The notes under the pieces: generated by a model
What the model was told of the DNA's origin: nothing
What the model saw: only the letters and a program-made list of their open reading frames with translations
Database searches by the model: none
Shown: in pieces, positions 30,019 through 38,781 of the stretch
Layout of the letters: each line of letters starts with the position of its first letter
Numbering within the stretch: position 1 is the first letter of the stretch
Translations under genes and position numbers: made by a program
Assembly: GCA_026003075.1 (NCBI GenBank)
Contig: BPGO01000003.1
Span: 150,025-214,024 of the forward strand
Direction: 5' to 3'
DNA: 64,000 bases
Source of the DNA: Fimbriimonadales bacterium
GTDB lineage: Bacteria; Armatimonadota; Fimbriimonadia; Fimbriimonadales; GBS-DC

Positions 30019-30903
30019 TTACTGACTGAAGTCATAATCGGGTCGGAACAGCCATGGGTTGCAGCCATCCCACCAGTAATAACCCGGGTAACCGTTGCTG
30101 TCGTAGCCCGTGTAGGGGTCTACGCGCCAATCGGTGTTCGCAGGGGCAATCTGCGCCCCCAGTCGGCGCCACTTCGCGCTGCCATCTGCATGCGCAAACA
30201 GCGCGCCGCTCGAGTGGATCCACATGGGACCGTCCAGTACGAACATCACGCCTTGCGGATAGGCGTTGCCCGGATTGCCGTAAGTACAGCTGAAGTACTT
30301 ACATGGGATATTGGGATCGGCATTGTTACACATCAGCGCCGGGTTCGTCAGTGCAAAGCCCTCCATACTTGCCTTCCCGCGACCTTCCCATGCGAGCGGC
30401 AACTTGGAAGGCGCTACAACCTGTGCTTGGCTCAAGCCGTGCAGCAGCCCATTGTAAGTATACGCGACCTTCGCTGGAGTCGCCTGCGGGCTATTATAGT
30501 CAGGCGTGTTCAACCGCTTGGGCGGGCAGGAAGGACATTCGTACAGACCGTAGTTCTTCACATACGGTTGGATGGCATTCGACCAGTGGACAAGGTAGGA
30601 AGGATAGCGTGGATCGCTTGGGGGCACGCTGGGACGCCAGTTATACGGGGCGGCGTGGTAGTAGTTCCAGAGCCAAGCCCCCGTACCACCAGCACGCCCG
30701 AAACCGAGCGGAAAGGTCTCGTCGTAGTCATTGATATACATCATGAAGGCGAGCGCGGTCTGCTTCGTGTTGCTCGTACAGGTCGTCTGGCGCGCCTTGT
30801 CACGCGCCTGCGCAAACACAGGGAACAAAATCGCCGCCAAAATGGCGATGATCGCGATGACGACCAACAACTCAATCAGCGTAAAGCCCTTCCGTCTGTG
30901 CAT
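30019..30903 (-). CDS. Prepilin-type N-terminal cleavage/methylation domain protein, DUF1559 (H-X9-DG) type
   Basis: Start at ATG 30903: [49 protein letters not shown]-terminal HADGSAKW-type motif. SD AGGAGG, -35 TTGCAT and -10 TATAAT. Confidence 0.85.
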   Translation of the reverse strand: MHRRKGFTLIELLVVIAIIAILAAILFPVFAQARDKARQTTCTSNTKQTALAFMMYINDYDETFPLGFGRAGGTGAWLWNYYHAAPYNWRPSVPPSDPRYPSYLVHWSNAIQPYVKNYGLYECPSCPPKRLNTPDYNSPQATPAKVAYTYNGLLHGLSQAQVVAPSKLPLAWEGRGKASMEGFALTNPALMCNNADPNIPCKYFSCTYGNPGNAYPQGVMFVLDGPMWIHSSGALFAHADGSAKWRRLGAQIAPANTDWRVDPYTGYDSNGYPGYYWWDGCNPWLFRPDYDFSQ

Positions 30904-30954
30904 AGCGTATAACCTCCTAAGTGAGAATGAGAGCCTACCCAAGGTAGATACTCT

Positions 30955-30984
30955 ATTATACCCCACTTTTGACTAAGGATGCAA
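30955..30984 (-). promoter_or_regulatory. Prepilin promoter: -35 TTGCAT, 18-nt spacer, -10 GGGGTATAAT
   Basis: -10 at 30955-30960 and -35 at 30979-30984 (minus strand). 51-nt leader with SD AGGAGG. Confidence 0.6.
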
Positions 30985-31023
30985 GTGCAATGTTCCTGAA
31001 TCGTGAGAGATTTCCTGCCACCT

Positions 31024-31056
31024 ATACAAAAACGCGGGGGCAACTCGCCCCCGCGT
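31024..31056 (-). terminator. Rho-independent terminator of cspA
   Basis: Perfect 10-bp GC-rich stem (31032-31041 / 31047-31056) with a 5-nt loop. On the minus strand it is followed by TTTTTGTAT. It lies 25 nt after the csp stop. Confidence 0.8.
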
Positions 31057-31081
31057 GGTCGTTTCCGTCTTTAAGACTGCT

Positions 31082-31282
31082 TTACTTCGGGACGACGTTG
31101 CGCGCCTGCAGACCCTTGGGACCTTGCACGACTTCGAACTCAACGGACTGCCCTTCGTACAGCGTCCTGTGCCCCTGCATCGTGATTGCAGAATGATGCA
31201 CAAAGACTTCACGACCGTCATCCGCTACGATGAAACCGTAGCCTTTCTGGTCGTTGAACCATTTGACTTTACCCGTGTCCAT
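31082..31282 (-). CDS. cspA: Cold-shock protein (CspA family)
   Basis: [33 protein letters not shown] (RNP1/RNP2 motifs). SD AGGAGG and a canonical terminator downstream. The ORF-track 31447 start is a 5'UTR extension. Confidence 0.92.
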   Translation of the reverse strand: MDTGKVKWFNDQKGYGFIVADDGREVFVHHSAITMQGHRTLYEGQSVEFEVVQGPKGLQARNVVPK

Positions 31283-31345
31283 ACTAACCTCCTTCCGGGA
31301 CTGTGTAGACGGGTTGACCACACACCCCGATTGTGATGCTGGCAA

Positions 31346-31351
31346 AGTATA
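31346..31351 (-). promoter_or_regulatory. -10 box for cspA
   Basis: Minus strand GGGTATACT, 63 nt before ATG 31282 (long leader, as is typical for csp genes). Confidence 0.5.
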
Positions 31352-31488
31352 CCCGACAACGCCGACAGAAATTGCAAGGGTTCGAGGCACTAAAGGCGCG
31401 TTTTGAAGCGAATTTTCCCCAATTCGGGTTTGGGGCTTCTGAACCAAGGAAATTTGAGCAGGAATCGCCTACGGTAAAGCGTACTAAA

Positions 31489-32196
31489 ATGACGGGGGAA
31501 AAAGAGATGCTGATCGTCTATCGCATCTTTTGGATTGTGGGGCTGATTGCGTTGATTGCGGAGCTGGTGATTTTAGCGAATCCACGCCAATCCACTCCGC
31601 AAAAAGCCTCGGACTGGGAGATTGTGCGACGGGGACGGTTCCAACTGCGTGCGCCCAAGCAGTTCAAAATCGAGCGTGAACCGCAACTGTTGTGGGAGCT
31701 CAGCGCGCCGAGCAATGAAGTGCGCATTCTGGATAGCCTAACGCTGAAACGCGGTGAGCGCACGGGGCTGAAGATTGTCATCGCTGCTCCGGGCAACGCG
31801 CTGACAGCACCCGTTTTCGGGCAACAGAGCTTGCAACCCGCGTTCGACATGAACCGCTTCGTGAGGCGCACGCACGATTTGCATCTGGCGGCACTCCGCG
31901 AGGATCTGGGCTTCGTGGGTTTTGTCGAGAAGCAACGCAGCCCCGTGCGTATTCGCGGCGTGCAGGGAATCCGCAGTGATTACGAGTACACGATTCCGCA
32001 TCCTGTGCCGTTTCTTAGCATGCCCGTGCGCGGCTATCTCATCACGCTCCCACTGTCGCAGACGGAAGTTATCCACTTCAACGCCTACTGCCCACCCAAC
32101 AGTTTCGGTGACTACCAGAAAATCTATGACCAAATCATCGCCACGGCTCAGGTACAGCAGGGCGACAGTTCAGTTTCAGGGGGATGGCTTCCATGA
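31489..32196 (+). CDS. Hypothetical membrane-anchored protein
   Basis: TM IVYRIFWIVGLIALIAELVIL followed by a ~200-aa domain with no recognisable family. Start is ATG 31489 or 31507. The stop overlaps the next start (ATGA). Confidence 0.5.
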   Translation: MTGEKEMLIVYRIFWIVGLIALIAELVILANPRQSTPQKASDWEIVRRGRFQLRAPKQFKIEREPQLLWELSAPSNEVRILDSLTLKRGERTGLKIVIAAPGNALTAPVFGQQSLQPAFDMNRFVRRTHDLHLAALREDLGFVGFVEKQRSPVRIRGVQGIRSDYEYTIPHPVPFLSMPVRGYLITLPLSQTEVIHFNAYCPPNSFGDYQKIYDQIIATAQVQQGDSSVSGGWLP

Positions 32197-32987
32197 CTCA
32201 GTGTCGTTGGTGTGGACAGCAGACGAACCATCCGCAGGTGTGTGAGTGGTGTCGGCGCGACTTGACGACGGGCGCGCTTGTGCGTACCTTGCCCACGCCT
32301 CCCGGCACAGGCGCCTCCCCAAGCAGCGCCTCTCCCCAGATCAACCCCGCGCCACCCGTGAGCAGTCAGCCAACGCAAGCGATTCCATCGCCGCAACCAC
32401 AACCGCTCTATGACTACTCGCGCCCCACAGGGCAGCCCACCGCTCAACAGCCTGCTGACCAAATCAAATTCCTGTACGAAGTCAGTGAGGGCTACACATT
32501 CCTTGCGAGGCTGGAGCGATTCTTTGGTGTCGCGCTACCGCTTACGGCGTTGAATGTGCTGGTGCTGGGCTGGAAGCCGGAATGGGCCATCTGGGCGAAC
32601 TTGCTCTACTTTCTGCTGGTGGGCGCGTGGCTGCCGAACTCGCATCTGGTCGATAAACTGGACGATGTGGAACTGTTTCGCGATGTGGGCATCGTGGTGC
32701 TGCTCAATATCTTTTGCTGCAATCCCGTGGCGGCGTTGGTGCTATATGGGCTTGCGGCGCTGAGCCTGTGGGCAATTACCCGCGCCGATATCAACTGGTC
32801 ACTGCTGGGTGTGCTGCTGATTTACACGCTGCTGCGCATCCTGTTCGATATCGTGTTGTATTTGGTGGACTACAACGACCCTGCCGACTGGGTGCGTGTG
32901 GGATTTGCGTTTATGGGAAGCATGCCGCTCTTTGCGATGTTCTTAGGTTGGTTTCTGGGGGGGATGTTTCGCTCGGACTACGCATGA
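32193..32987 (+). CDS. Hypothetical membrane protein with N-terminal zinc ribbon, Pro-rich linker and ~4 TM segments
   Basis: MTQCRWCGQQTNHPQVCEWCRRDL (CxxC..CxxC), then a P/Q/S-rich linker, then hydrophobic segments. Translationally coupled to the upstream ORF. Confidence 0.55.
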   Translation: MTQCRWCGQQTNHPQVCEWCRRDLTTGALVRTLPTPPGTGASPSSASPQINPAPPVSSQPTQAIPSPQPQPLYDYSRPTGQPTAQQPADQIKFLYEVSEGYTFLARLERFFGVALPLTALNVLVLGWKPEWAIWANLLYFLLVGAWLPNSHLVDKLDDVELFRDVGIVVLLNIFCCNPVAALVLYGLAALSLWAITRADINWSLLGVLLIYTLLRILFDIVLYLVDYNDPADWVRVGFAFMGSMPLFAMFLGWFLGGMFRSDYA

Positions 32988-32992
32988 TGGGG

Positions 32993-32998
32993 TATACT
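32993..32998 (+). promoter_or_regulatory. -10 box for the HisJ-type phosphatase
   Basis: GGGGTATACT, then 10 nt, then ATG 33009. Confidence 0.5.
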
Positions 32999-33008
32999 TT
33001 CGCGCGCG

Positions 33009-33914
33009 ATGTATCCCCCAAAGGCAGCCTGGAAAATTTCACTACACGGCGGACACAGCGGCGAGTTTTGTGAACACGCGGAAGGTAGCCTGCGCGAGAT
33101 GCTGGAGGCAGCCTATCAGGCAGGCTACACGGTGTTCGGTGTGGCGGAGCATATGCCGCGCGTCGAGGCGCGATTCCTCTACCCCAAAGAGATTGAGTGG
33201 GGCTGGACACCGCAAACTCTGGAAGCGAATTTTGAGCGCTACGCTCACACGATTACGCAACTCGCCGACGAGTTCGCCGATCGGCTCACGGTTCTGCGCG
33301 GCTTCGAGATTGAGGTGGTTCCGCAAGACCGTTATCGGGAACTGGTCCACCACTATCGCCAGAAGTATCCGTTCGATTACATGGTCGGTTCGGTGCATTA
33401 TCTGTATGACGCTTCCATCGATGGCTCTTCTGATCGCGACTTCCTGACGATGATGGCGGATGTCGGAGGCATGGAAGAGGTGGCGGTGCAGTATTATCAC
33501 AAAGTGGCAGAGATGGCGCAGGCGGTACGCCCGGAGGTCATCGGGCACTTAGACCTGGTGCGCCTAAAGGCGACACGCTTAGGTTTGGCAGAGCAGGTCG
33601 CCACCGCGCGCGTGCGCAAAGCGGTCGAGGAGGCGTTGGAAGTCATCCGCGCGGTCGGGGCGCGGGTGGAGGTCAATACCTCCGCCCTGCGCAAGGGCTT
33701 GGATCAGCCCTACCCTGCTGACTGGATTGTGCAACTGGGGGCGCGGATGGGCGTGATGTTCTGCATCGGCGACGACAGCCATCGCCCTGCCCAAGTTGGG
33801 TTCGGGCTCGAAGAAGCGCGGCTCCACCTGTTGCGCAACGGCGTACGCGAAGTGCACTTCCTCACACGCGAGAACGGGCAAATCGTGCCGGCATCAGCGC
33901 CGTTGGAGGCATAA
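33009..33914 (+). CDS. Histidinol-phosphatase, PHP (HisJ/HisK) family
   Basis: ISLHGGHSGEFCEHAEGSLREMLEAAYQAGYTVFGVAEHMPR, MVGSVHYL, IGHLDLV, IGDDSHRP. Confidence 0.8.
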   Translation: MYPPKAAWKISLHGGHSGEFCEHAEGSLREMLEAAYQAGYTVFGVAEHMPRVEARFLYPKEIEWGWTPQTLEANFERYAHTITQLADEFADRLTVLRGFEIEVVPQDRYRELVHHYRQKYPFDYMVGSVHYLYDASIDGSSDRDFLTMMADVGGMEEVAVQYYHKVAEMAQAVRPEVIGHLDLVRLKATRLGLAEQVATARVRKAVEEALEVIRAVGARVEVNTSALRKGLDQPYPADWIVQLGARMGVMFCIGDDSHRPAQVGFGLEEARLHLLRNGVREVHFLTRENGQIVPASAPLEA

Positions 33915-33938
33915 GCAGGGGAGAGGCGCTTGGGATGT

Positions 33939-34406
33939 TTAACCGCGCCCCAACTCACGCTGCAACTCGCGCTCGATGTCCTTGCGCTTGATGGTTTCAC
34001 GCTTGTCGTACTGGCGTTTACCGCGCACCAGACCGATTTCCAGCTTCGCCTTGCCGTTGCGGAAGTAAAGTTTGAGCGGAACCAGCGTGTAGCCCTTCTG
34101 TTCTGTTTTGCCACGCAGGCGTTCGATTTCCCAACGGTGGAGCAGTAATTTGCGCTTGCGGCGCGGCTCGTGTTGAGAGTACCCCGCGTTTTCGTAGGGA
34201 GCGATGTGCATGTTCACCACCCACATCTCGCCATTCTCCACACGGCAATAAGCGTCGGTGAGGCTCGCCTTGCCCGCCGCGATGCTTTTCACCTCCGAAC
34301 CGGTCAGCGCAAGCCCCGCCTCGATCGTATCCTCTACATGGTAGTCGTGGTACGCCTTGCGATTCGTCGTGATTATTTTGATTCCGCCCTCCGATTGTTT
34401 CGCCAT
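33939..34406 (-). CDS. smpB: SsrA-binding protein
   Basis: MAKQSEGGIKIITTNRKAYHDYHVEDTIEAGLALTGSEVKSI...KLLLHRWEIERL...GKRQYDKRETIKRKD. Start trimmed to ATG 34406 (155 aa). Confidence 0.93.
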   Translation of the reverse strand: MAKQSEGGIKIITTNRKAYHDYHVEDTIEAGLALTGSEVKSIAAGKASLTDAYCRVENGEMWVVNMHIAPYENAGYSQHEPRRKRKLLLHRWEIERLRGKTEQKGYTLVPLKLYFRNGKAKLEIGLVRGKRQYDKRETIKRKDIERELQRELGRG

Positions 34407-34413
34407 CGGGTAA

Positions 34414-34421
34414 ATTATACT
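34414..34421. promoter_or_regulatory. Overlapping face-to-face -10 boxes for divergent smpB and the VWA gene
   Basis: Minus strand: TATAAT (34414-34419), then 7 nt, then smpB ATG 34406. Plus strand: TATACT (34416-34421), then 16 nt containing GAGGGGG, then ATG 34438. Confidence 0.5.
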
Positions 34422-34437
34422 GTCTGAGGGGGATAAG

Positions 34438-35412
34438 ATGAAGCGCTTGAAGTTTCTCATCGTAGGGCTTTTTGTGTTGCTCACGGGGTGCGCTCCGCAG
34501 TTCCGCACACATACACTCGGCACAGCACCGCTGCCGTCAGGGACGCGCGTAGTGCATGCGCCGTATTTCAAGTCGGATGCGCCGCAACTCCAGTCGCCCG
34601 ACCGGAACGCCTTCACCATCCGATGCGACGATCCCAAAGTGGCTGTGGAAATTGTCGGCTGGAAGGACGGCAAGGCAAAACGCCCGCCACGAAATCAGCG
34701 GTTTAGTATCTTGATTGCGTGGGATCAGTCTGCATCGTTGCAAGAAACCGATCCTGAGCGTCGCCGCTTTGCGGCGGGCACGCAGTTGGTTAACGATTTG
34801 CCCAACAGTGCGCGGCTGGGACTGGTGAATTTCGCCTCACTGGGCTTGAGCTACGCCGACTACGATACGCGCGCGCCGATGGGCAGCAGCAAACAGCAGC
34901 TGCTTGACGCGCTGGACTACCTCAACAGCCAAAACTTCTCGCAATACGGCACGCCGCTCTGGAACACGCTCAGTTACGCCATCCCCCAGTTTCTCGCGCA
35001 CGAGCCACCCGAACGGGAACGATGGGTCATCCTCTTCACCGACGGGCAAAACGAGGTACCCGATTTTGTCGGGACGCGCACCCACCAAGAGGCGTTGCAG
35101 GTGGCGCAGACCCATCGCGTCAAGCTGGTTTTTGTGCTGTTGGGCAACGAACAGACGATTCCCAATTATGCGCAGGTGCGTCAAACGCTGGAGTACATGG
35201 CAAACGCCACCGGTGGCACGGTGATTGCGGTGGAACAGGCGCAGGATTTGCGCGAGGCGTTCGGCGAAGTGTTGGAAACTTTGGAGTACGCGCCGTGCTA
35301 TAACCTGCACCTGCGCGTGCGCAAGCCGGGGGGATTCCGACGAGGCGAGACGCTTCCCTTGCGCATTCAAGCGACAGGCGGCAGGGAGCGCGCCGTTACG
35401 ATTCGGATGTAG
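34438..35412 (+). CDS. von Willebrand factor A domain lipoprotein
   Basis: Lipobox LLTGC. MIDAS-like DQSASL, RLGLVNFAS, VILFTDGQNE. Confidence 0.75.
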   Translation: MKRLKFLIVGLFVLLTGCAPQFRTHTLGTAPLPSGTRVVHAPYFKSDAPQLQSPDRNAFTIRCDDPKVAVEIVGWKDGKAKRPPRNQRFSILIAWDQSASLQETDPERRRFAAGTQLVNDLPNSARLGLVNFASLGLSYADYDTRAPMGSSKQQLLDALDYLNSQNFSQYGTPLWNTLSYAIPQFLAHEPPERERWVILFTDGQNEVPDFVGTRTHQEALQVAQTHRVKLVFVLLGNEQTIPNYAQVRQTLEYMANATGGTVIAVEQAQDLREAFGEVLETLEYAPCYNLHLRVRKPGGFRRGETLPLRIQATGGRERAVTIRM

Positions 35413-36010
35413 ATTCGTCGCGTCGGAGCAAACCGCGCACCAACTGCTCAGAAAACATGCGCCCAATTTGCTCCTTGCTGAGGGCGCCCCGCGGGTTGTA
35501 CCAGTTCGGAATCCAGTTCAACGCGCCCAGCACCACGAACGACGCCATTTTTACATCCTGTGCTTCAAAGATACCCTGCTCGATGCCTTCCTGAATGCAC
35601 TGCTGGTAGCTCTGCTCGTACTGGTCGCGCAGGGCGATAATCTCTTTGCGTTTACGCGGGGGCAGGGCGTGGTGCTCGCGCAACACGACCACGCTATACA
35701 TCGCCGTTGCGCCTCCCACGATGCGCACATACTCTTCGATCATCGCGCGGAGCTTCGCATCGGGCGGGTCGGGACGCGCCATAATCTCCGCCTGCGACTC
35801 CAGCAGCATCGTCATCGCACGCTTGTAGAGCTGGTAGAGTAGGTCGCTCTTATCAGAGACATAGTAATAGATGCTGGCTTTGGTCAGTCCCAGCTCCTTG
35901 GCGATTTCATCGACGGTGCTCGCGTGATAGCCTTTTCTCGAGAACACACGCGCGGCGCCGCTGAGGATCTGCTCGCGTCGCGCCTCCTGCCGTTCGGTGC
36001 GTTTCGCCAT
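35396..36010 (-). CDS. TetR/AcrR family transcriptional regulator
   Basis: Start ATG 36010: MAKRTERQEARREQILSGAARVFSRKGYHASTVDEIAKELGLTKASIYYYVSDKSDLL. Confidence 0.85.
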   Translation of the reverse strand: MAKRTERQEARREQILSGAARVFSRKGYHASTVDEIAKELGLTKASIYYYVSDKSDLLYQLYKRAMTMLLESQAEIMARPDPPDAKLRAMIEEYVRIVGGATAMYSVVVLREHHALPPRKRKEIIALRDQYEQSYQQCIQEGIEQGIFEAQDVKMASFVVLGALNWIPNWYNPRGALSKEQIGRMFSEQLVRGLLRRDESTSES

Positions 36011-36066
36011 CTTCGGGTTGCCTCTCCTGATTAAGGATTCCCCGCGCTCTCGCAAAACCCTGCTGC

Positions 36067-36351
36067 TTATGCGACGATGTCCGTGCGCAGACCAATCTCG
36101 CGCAAGACGCTCTCCACGCGCAGGCACTCTTCGATCGCTCCTACCCACACTACCGCGCAGCCCTTAGTGTGGGCTTCCAGCGTGATTTCGTAGGCGCGCC
36201 GATAGGGATAACCCGTCGCCTTCTGCACCTGAAAAACCACCTCCTCGAAGAGGTGGTAGTCGTCATTGTAGAGCAGCACTTTCCATGCGTGCGATTCGTA
36301 GTCGCCTATCGCTTCTACAATCTCGCTCTCAGGGACTTCCAGCACCGGCAT
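36067..36351 (-). CDS. clpS: ATP-dependent Clp protease adaptor ClpS
   Basis: WKVLLYNDDYHLFEEVVFQVQKATGYPYRRAYEITLEAHTKGCAVV. Confidence 0.85.
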   Translation of the reverse strand: MPVLEVPESEIVEAIGDYESHAWKVLLYNDDYHLFEEVVFQVQKATGYPYRRAYEITLEAHTKGCAVVWVGAIEECLRVESVLREIGLRTDIVA

Positions 36352-36368
36352 CGCGGATCACCCCATAG

Positions 36369-36374
36369 AGTATA
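36369..36374 (-). promoter_or_regulatory. -10 box for clpS (and probably TetR)
   Basis: Minus strand TGGTATACT, 17 nt before ATG 36351. Confidence 0.45.
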
Positions 36375-36409
36375 CCAGAGCGAATTCATGGCGGGAATAC
36401 GAATGAACA

Positions 36410-36442
36410 GGGGTAGCACAGGCGATTTGCCCATGCTACCCC
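36410..36442 (-). terminator. Hairpin terminator candidate after the DJ-1 family gene
   Basis: 9-bp stem GGGGTAGCA/TGCTACCCC with a 15-nt loop. On the minus strand it is followed by a T-rich run, TGTTCATTCGTATTCC. Confidence 0.5.
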
Positions 36443-36509
36443 CCGGAGGTGATGGACGCAACAGGCAGTCTCCGAACAAGGCTTTTCGGGGTGTGCCTGC
36501 TGTGTTGTT

Positions 36510-37091
36510 TCACACGCCCTCGATCCGCACGCCCAGCACTTGCAGGAATTTCGCCAGCCATTCGGGGTGCGCGGGCCACGCCGGCGCGGTCACGAGATTG
36601 CCGTCCACCACCGCTTTATGGGGAGGCACTTCCTCGTAATTCGCGCCTGCGAGGGTCAGTTCGGGTCCGACAGCGGGGTATGCCGTCGCCGTGCGCCCAC
36701 GCAGCACGCCCGCGGCGGTCAATACTTGCAGCCCATGGCAGATCGCTGCGACGGGCTTGTTCGTTTCAAAGAAGTGGCGTGCGATTTCCAGCACTTTCGG
36801 CTCGCGGCGGATGTATTCGGGGGCGCGCCCACCCGATACGACCAACGCTGCATACTCCGCAGGGTTCACCTCGTCAAACGAGTAGTTCAGAGTAAAGTTA
36901 TGTCCGGGCTTCTCAGAGTAGGTCTGGTCGCCTTCGAAGTCGTGGACCGCGGTACGCACTTTCTGACCCGCGCGTTTGCCGGGGCAGACCGCATGCACCT
37001 CAAAACCGACCATTTGGAGCGCCTGAAACGGCACCATCACTTCGTAGTCTTCTACATAGTCCCCAACCAGCATCAGTATCTTGCGTGCCAT
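36510..37091 (-). CDS. DJ-1/PfpI family protein (intracellular protease/amidase type)
   Basis: Start ATG 37091 with SD AAGGAGGG: [25 protein letters not shown]...[12 protein letters not shown] (nucleophile elbow Cys). Confidence 0.85.
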   Translation of the reverse strand: MARKILMLVGDYVEDYEVMVPFQALQMVGFEVHAVCPGKRAGQKVRTAVHDFEGDQTYSEKPGHNFTLNYSFDEVNPAEYAALVVSGGRAPEYIRREPKVLEIARHFFETNKPVAAICHGLQVLTAAGVLRGRTATAYPAVGPELTLAGANYEEVPPHKAVVDGNLVTAPAWPAHPEWLAKFLQVLGVRIEGV

Positions 37092-37133
37092 CGTTGTATC
37101 CCTCCTTGCAGGGCGGCTACGCCCCACGGAATT

Positions 37134-37139
37134 AGGATA
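37134..37139 (-). promoter_or_regulatory. -10 box for the DJ-1 family gene
   Basis: Minus strand AGGTATCCT, 42 nt before ATG 37091, with SD AAGGAGGG. Confidence 0.45.
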
Positions 37140-37229
37140 CCTCGAACGATTCGAACAAGAGCGATTGCTTCACTTGTTTCGGTGTAAAGGGTGTCGTGCT
37201 TATGCTGTCTGAGGCGTATTGGGGGTGGA

Positions 37230-37562
37230 TCAGCCACGATTGAATCGCTCGCGCACCTTAGAGTAGTAATCTTCTCCCAAGCGTGCCAGTTTTGTTCCTT
37301 CAGCCGATAAGTAGCTCCGTACGCTGGTAGGCGTGATTTCTCCTTGCTGTATCGCTTTGTGGAATTGGATAATATACGGGTTGATGTCCGCCAGGATAGC
37401 TCGCTGAGGCGCCAGGTTAAATACCACGACTCCCGAACCAAGAAAAGGCTCTATCCAGCGCCCGTCCCCCTTCGGAGACCAGCGAATAGAACCTAAAATT
37501 AAGGGAACCAGCTTCGTTTTGATCCCCTGACATTTTATCGGTGGGGTTTTAACGCGAGTCAT
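37230..37562 (-). pseudogene. 5' remnant of a D12-class (Dam-like) N6-adenine DNA methyltransferase (110 aa, no catalytic DPPY region)
   Basis: KCQGIKTKLVPLI...WIEPFLGSGVVVFNL...LADINPYII matches the N-terminal AdoMet-binding part (FxGxG) of Dam-type enzymes. The ORF stops after 110 aa, and only ~140 nt separate it from the next gene. Confidence 0.55.
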
Positions 37563-37572
37563 TTTCCTTTAA

Positions 37573-38781
37573 TCACTGAAGCCTTTCTCGCTCCGATTCA
37601 CAGAAGGGCCGAAGCCGAAGCGCAATCAACCCAGCGATAAGGAGCAGCCCTGCCGCGGATGCGTAAGGTAAAGCATCGCTGTATTGGAGCATACCGTTGC
37701 CCCAGATGGGACCGATGATTCGCGCGAGGCTCTCCAGCGAGCCTGCGACGCCCTGCACGCGCCCCTGCTCCGCAGCGGAAGCCGATTGACTAATCAGGCT
37801 GGTTAGGCTCGGCAGCCCAAGAGAGCCACCTACCGATGCCACGCCCACCAGCAAGTAAAAGAGAGGCAGAGAGTGGGTGAACGCCGCGCCTGTAAGCCCG
37901 ATGATGTTGAGCAGCACACCGAATAACAGCGTCGCCTTCTCGCCCAGCGTCTGCACGACGCGCCCCACCAGCGCGACCTGCGAAAACGCTCCTACGATTC
38001 CCACCACCGCCAACACATAGCCGATTTGCTGTGGTCCCAAACCGAACCGTACCGACGCAAATAACGGGAAGGTAGTTTGGTACACCGAGAAACCAATCCA
38101 CAGAATCAAGTTCACCCACAGTAGTCGCGCGGCGGGGCTGCGTGTGAGTGTGTAGGGCATCTCGCGCCAAGGGGAGGGGCGTTTCGCAGGCGTGAGGTGC
38201 GCGGTTTCAGGGAGCGCGAAAAAGGCATAGAGGGCTGCCACAAGCGAGATTCCTGCGGCTACCCATGCAGGCACTGCCAGCCCAAAATGTGCCAAGCCAC
38301 CCCCCAGCGCAGGTCCTAAAATAAACCCCAGCCCGAACGCCGCGCCGATTAACCCAAAGTTCTTCGCTCGCTTTTCGGGAGGGCTAATGTCGGCGATGTA
38401 AGCGCGCGCCGTTGTAATATTCCCGCCTGTAAAACCATCCAGAATCCGCGAAAGGAACAGCCACAACAAGTTCGGGGCAAGCGCCAGCATCACGAAACTC
38501 GCCGCTGAACCAAGCAAACTCAGAATCAGCACAGGGCGTCGCCCCCAGCGATCCGACCACTCGCCCAGAATCGGCGACGCGAACAACTGTGCCGCTGAAA
38601 ACGAGGCGAACAGGAGCCCAATTTGCAACTCACTCGCTTGAAACCGCTTTGCGTAGAAGGGCAACAGCGGGATCACGATCCCGAACCCGACAAGGCTTAC
38701 GAAGATAGTGAGGAACACCGCCAGCAGCGCACGGCGCCTACTCGCCTCGTCGGATTCGGGAGTGATGCGTCGCGTGGTCAT
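37573..38781 (-). CDS. MFS transporter (DHA1/tetracycline-efflux-like, 12 TM)
   Basis: LGEWSDRWGRRPVLILSLLG (MFS motif A region), 402 aa, 12 predicted TM segments. The ATG overlaps the secDF stop. Confidence 0.85.
   Translation of the reverse strand: MTTRRITPESDEASRRRALLAVFLTIFVSLVGFGIVIPLLPFYAKRFQASELQIGLLFASFSAAQLFASPILGEWSDRWGRRPVLILSLLGSAASFVMLALAPNLLWLFLSRILDGFTGGNITTARAYIADISPPEKRAKNFGLIGAAFGLGFILGPALGGGLAHFGLAVPAWVAAGISLVAALYAFFALPETAHLTPAKRPSPWREMPYTLTRSPAARLLWVNLILWIGFSVYQTTFPLFASVRFGLGPQQIGYVLAVVGIVGAFSQVALVGRVVQTLGEKATLLFGVLLNIIGLTGAAFTHSLPLFYLLVGVASVGGSLGLPSLTSLISQSASAAEQGRVQGVAGSLESLARIIGPIWGNGMLQYSDALPYASAAGLLLIAGLIALRLRPFCESERERLQ

Noticed and set aside
30010-30912. 300-aa plus-strand ORF opposite the prepilin gene
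   Set aside because: The minus-strand product has the canonical prepilin leader, with promoter, SD and terminator-like hairpin. The plus-frame product is Arg-rich with no features.
33915-34437. tmRNA (ssrA) or other RNA gene next to smpB
   Set aside because: The flanking intergenic regions are only 24 and 31 nt. No tRNA-like acceptor/T-arm sequence was seen there or in the other intergenic regions of 100 nt or more (16445-16721, 20718-20885, 25211-25413, 30904-31081, 36352-36509, 50804-50935, 58118-58223).
37073-37441. 122-aa minus-strand ORF overlapping the Dam-like remnant and the DJ-1 start
   Set aside because: It is in a different frame from the methyltransferase-like sequence, spans the DJ-1 promoter/SD region, and has no recognisable features.
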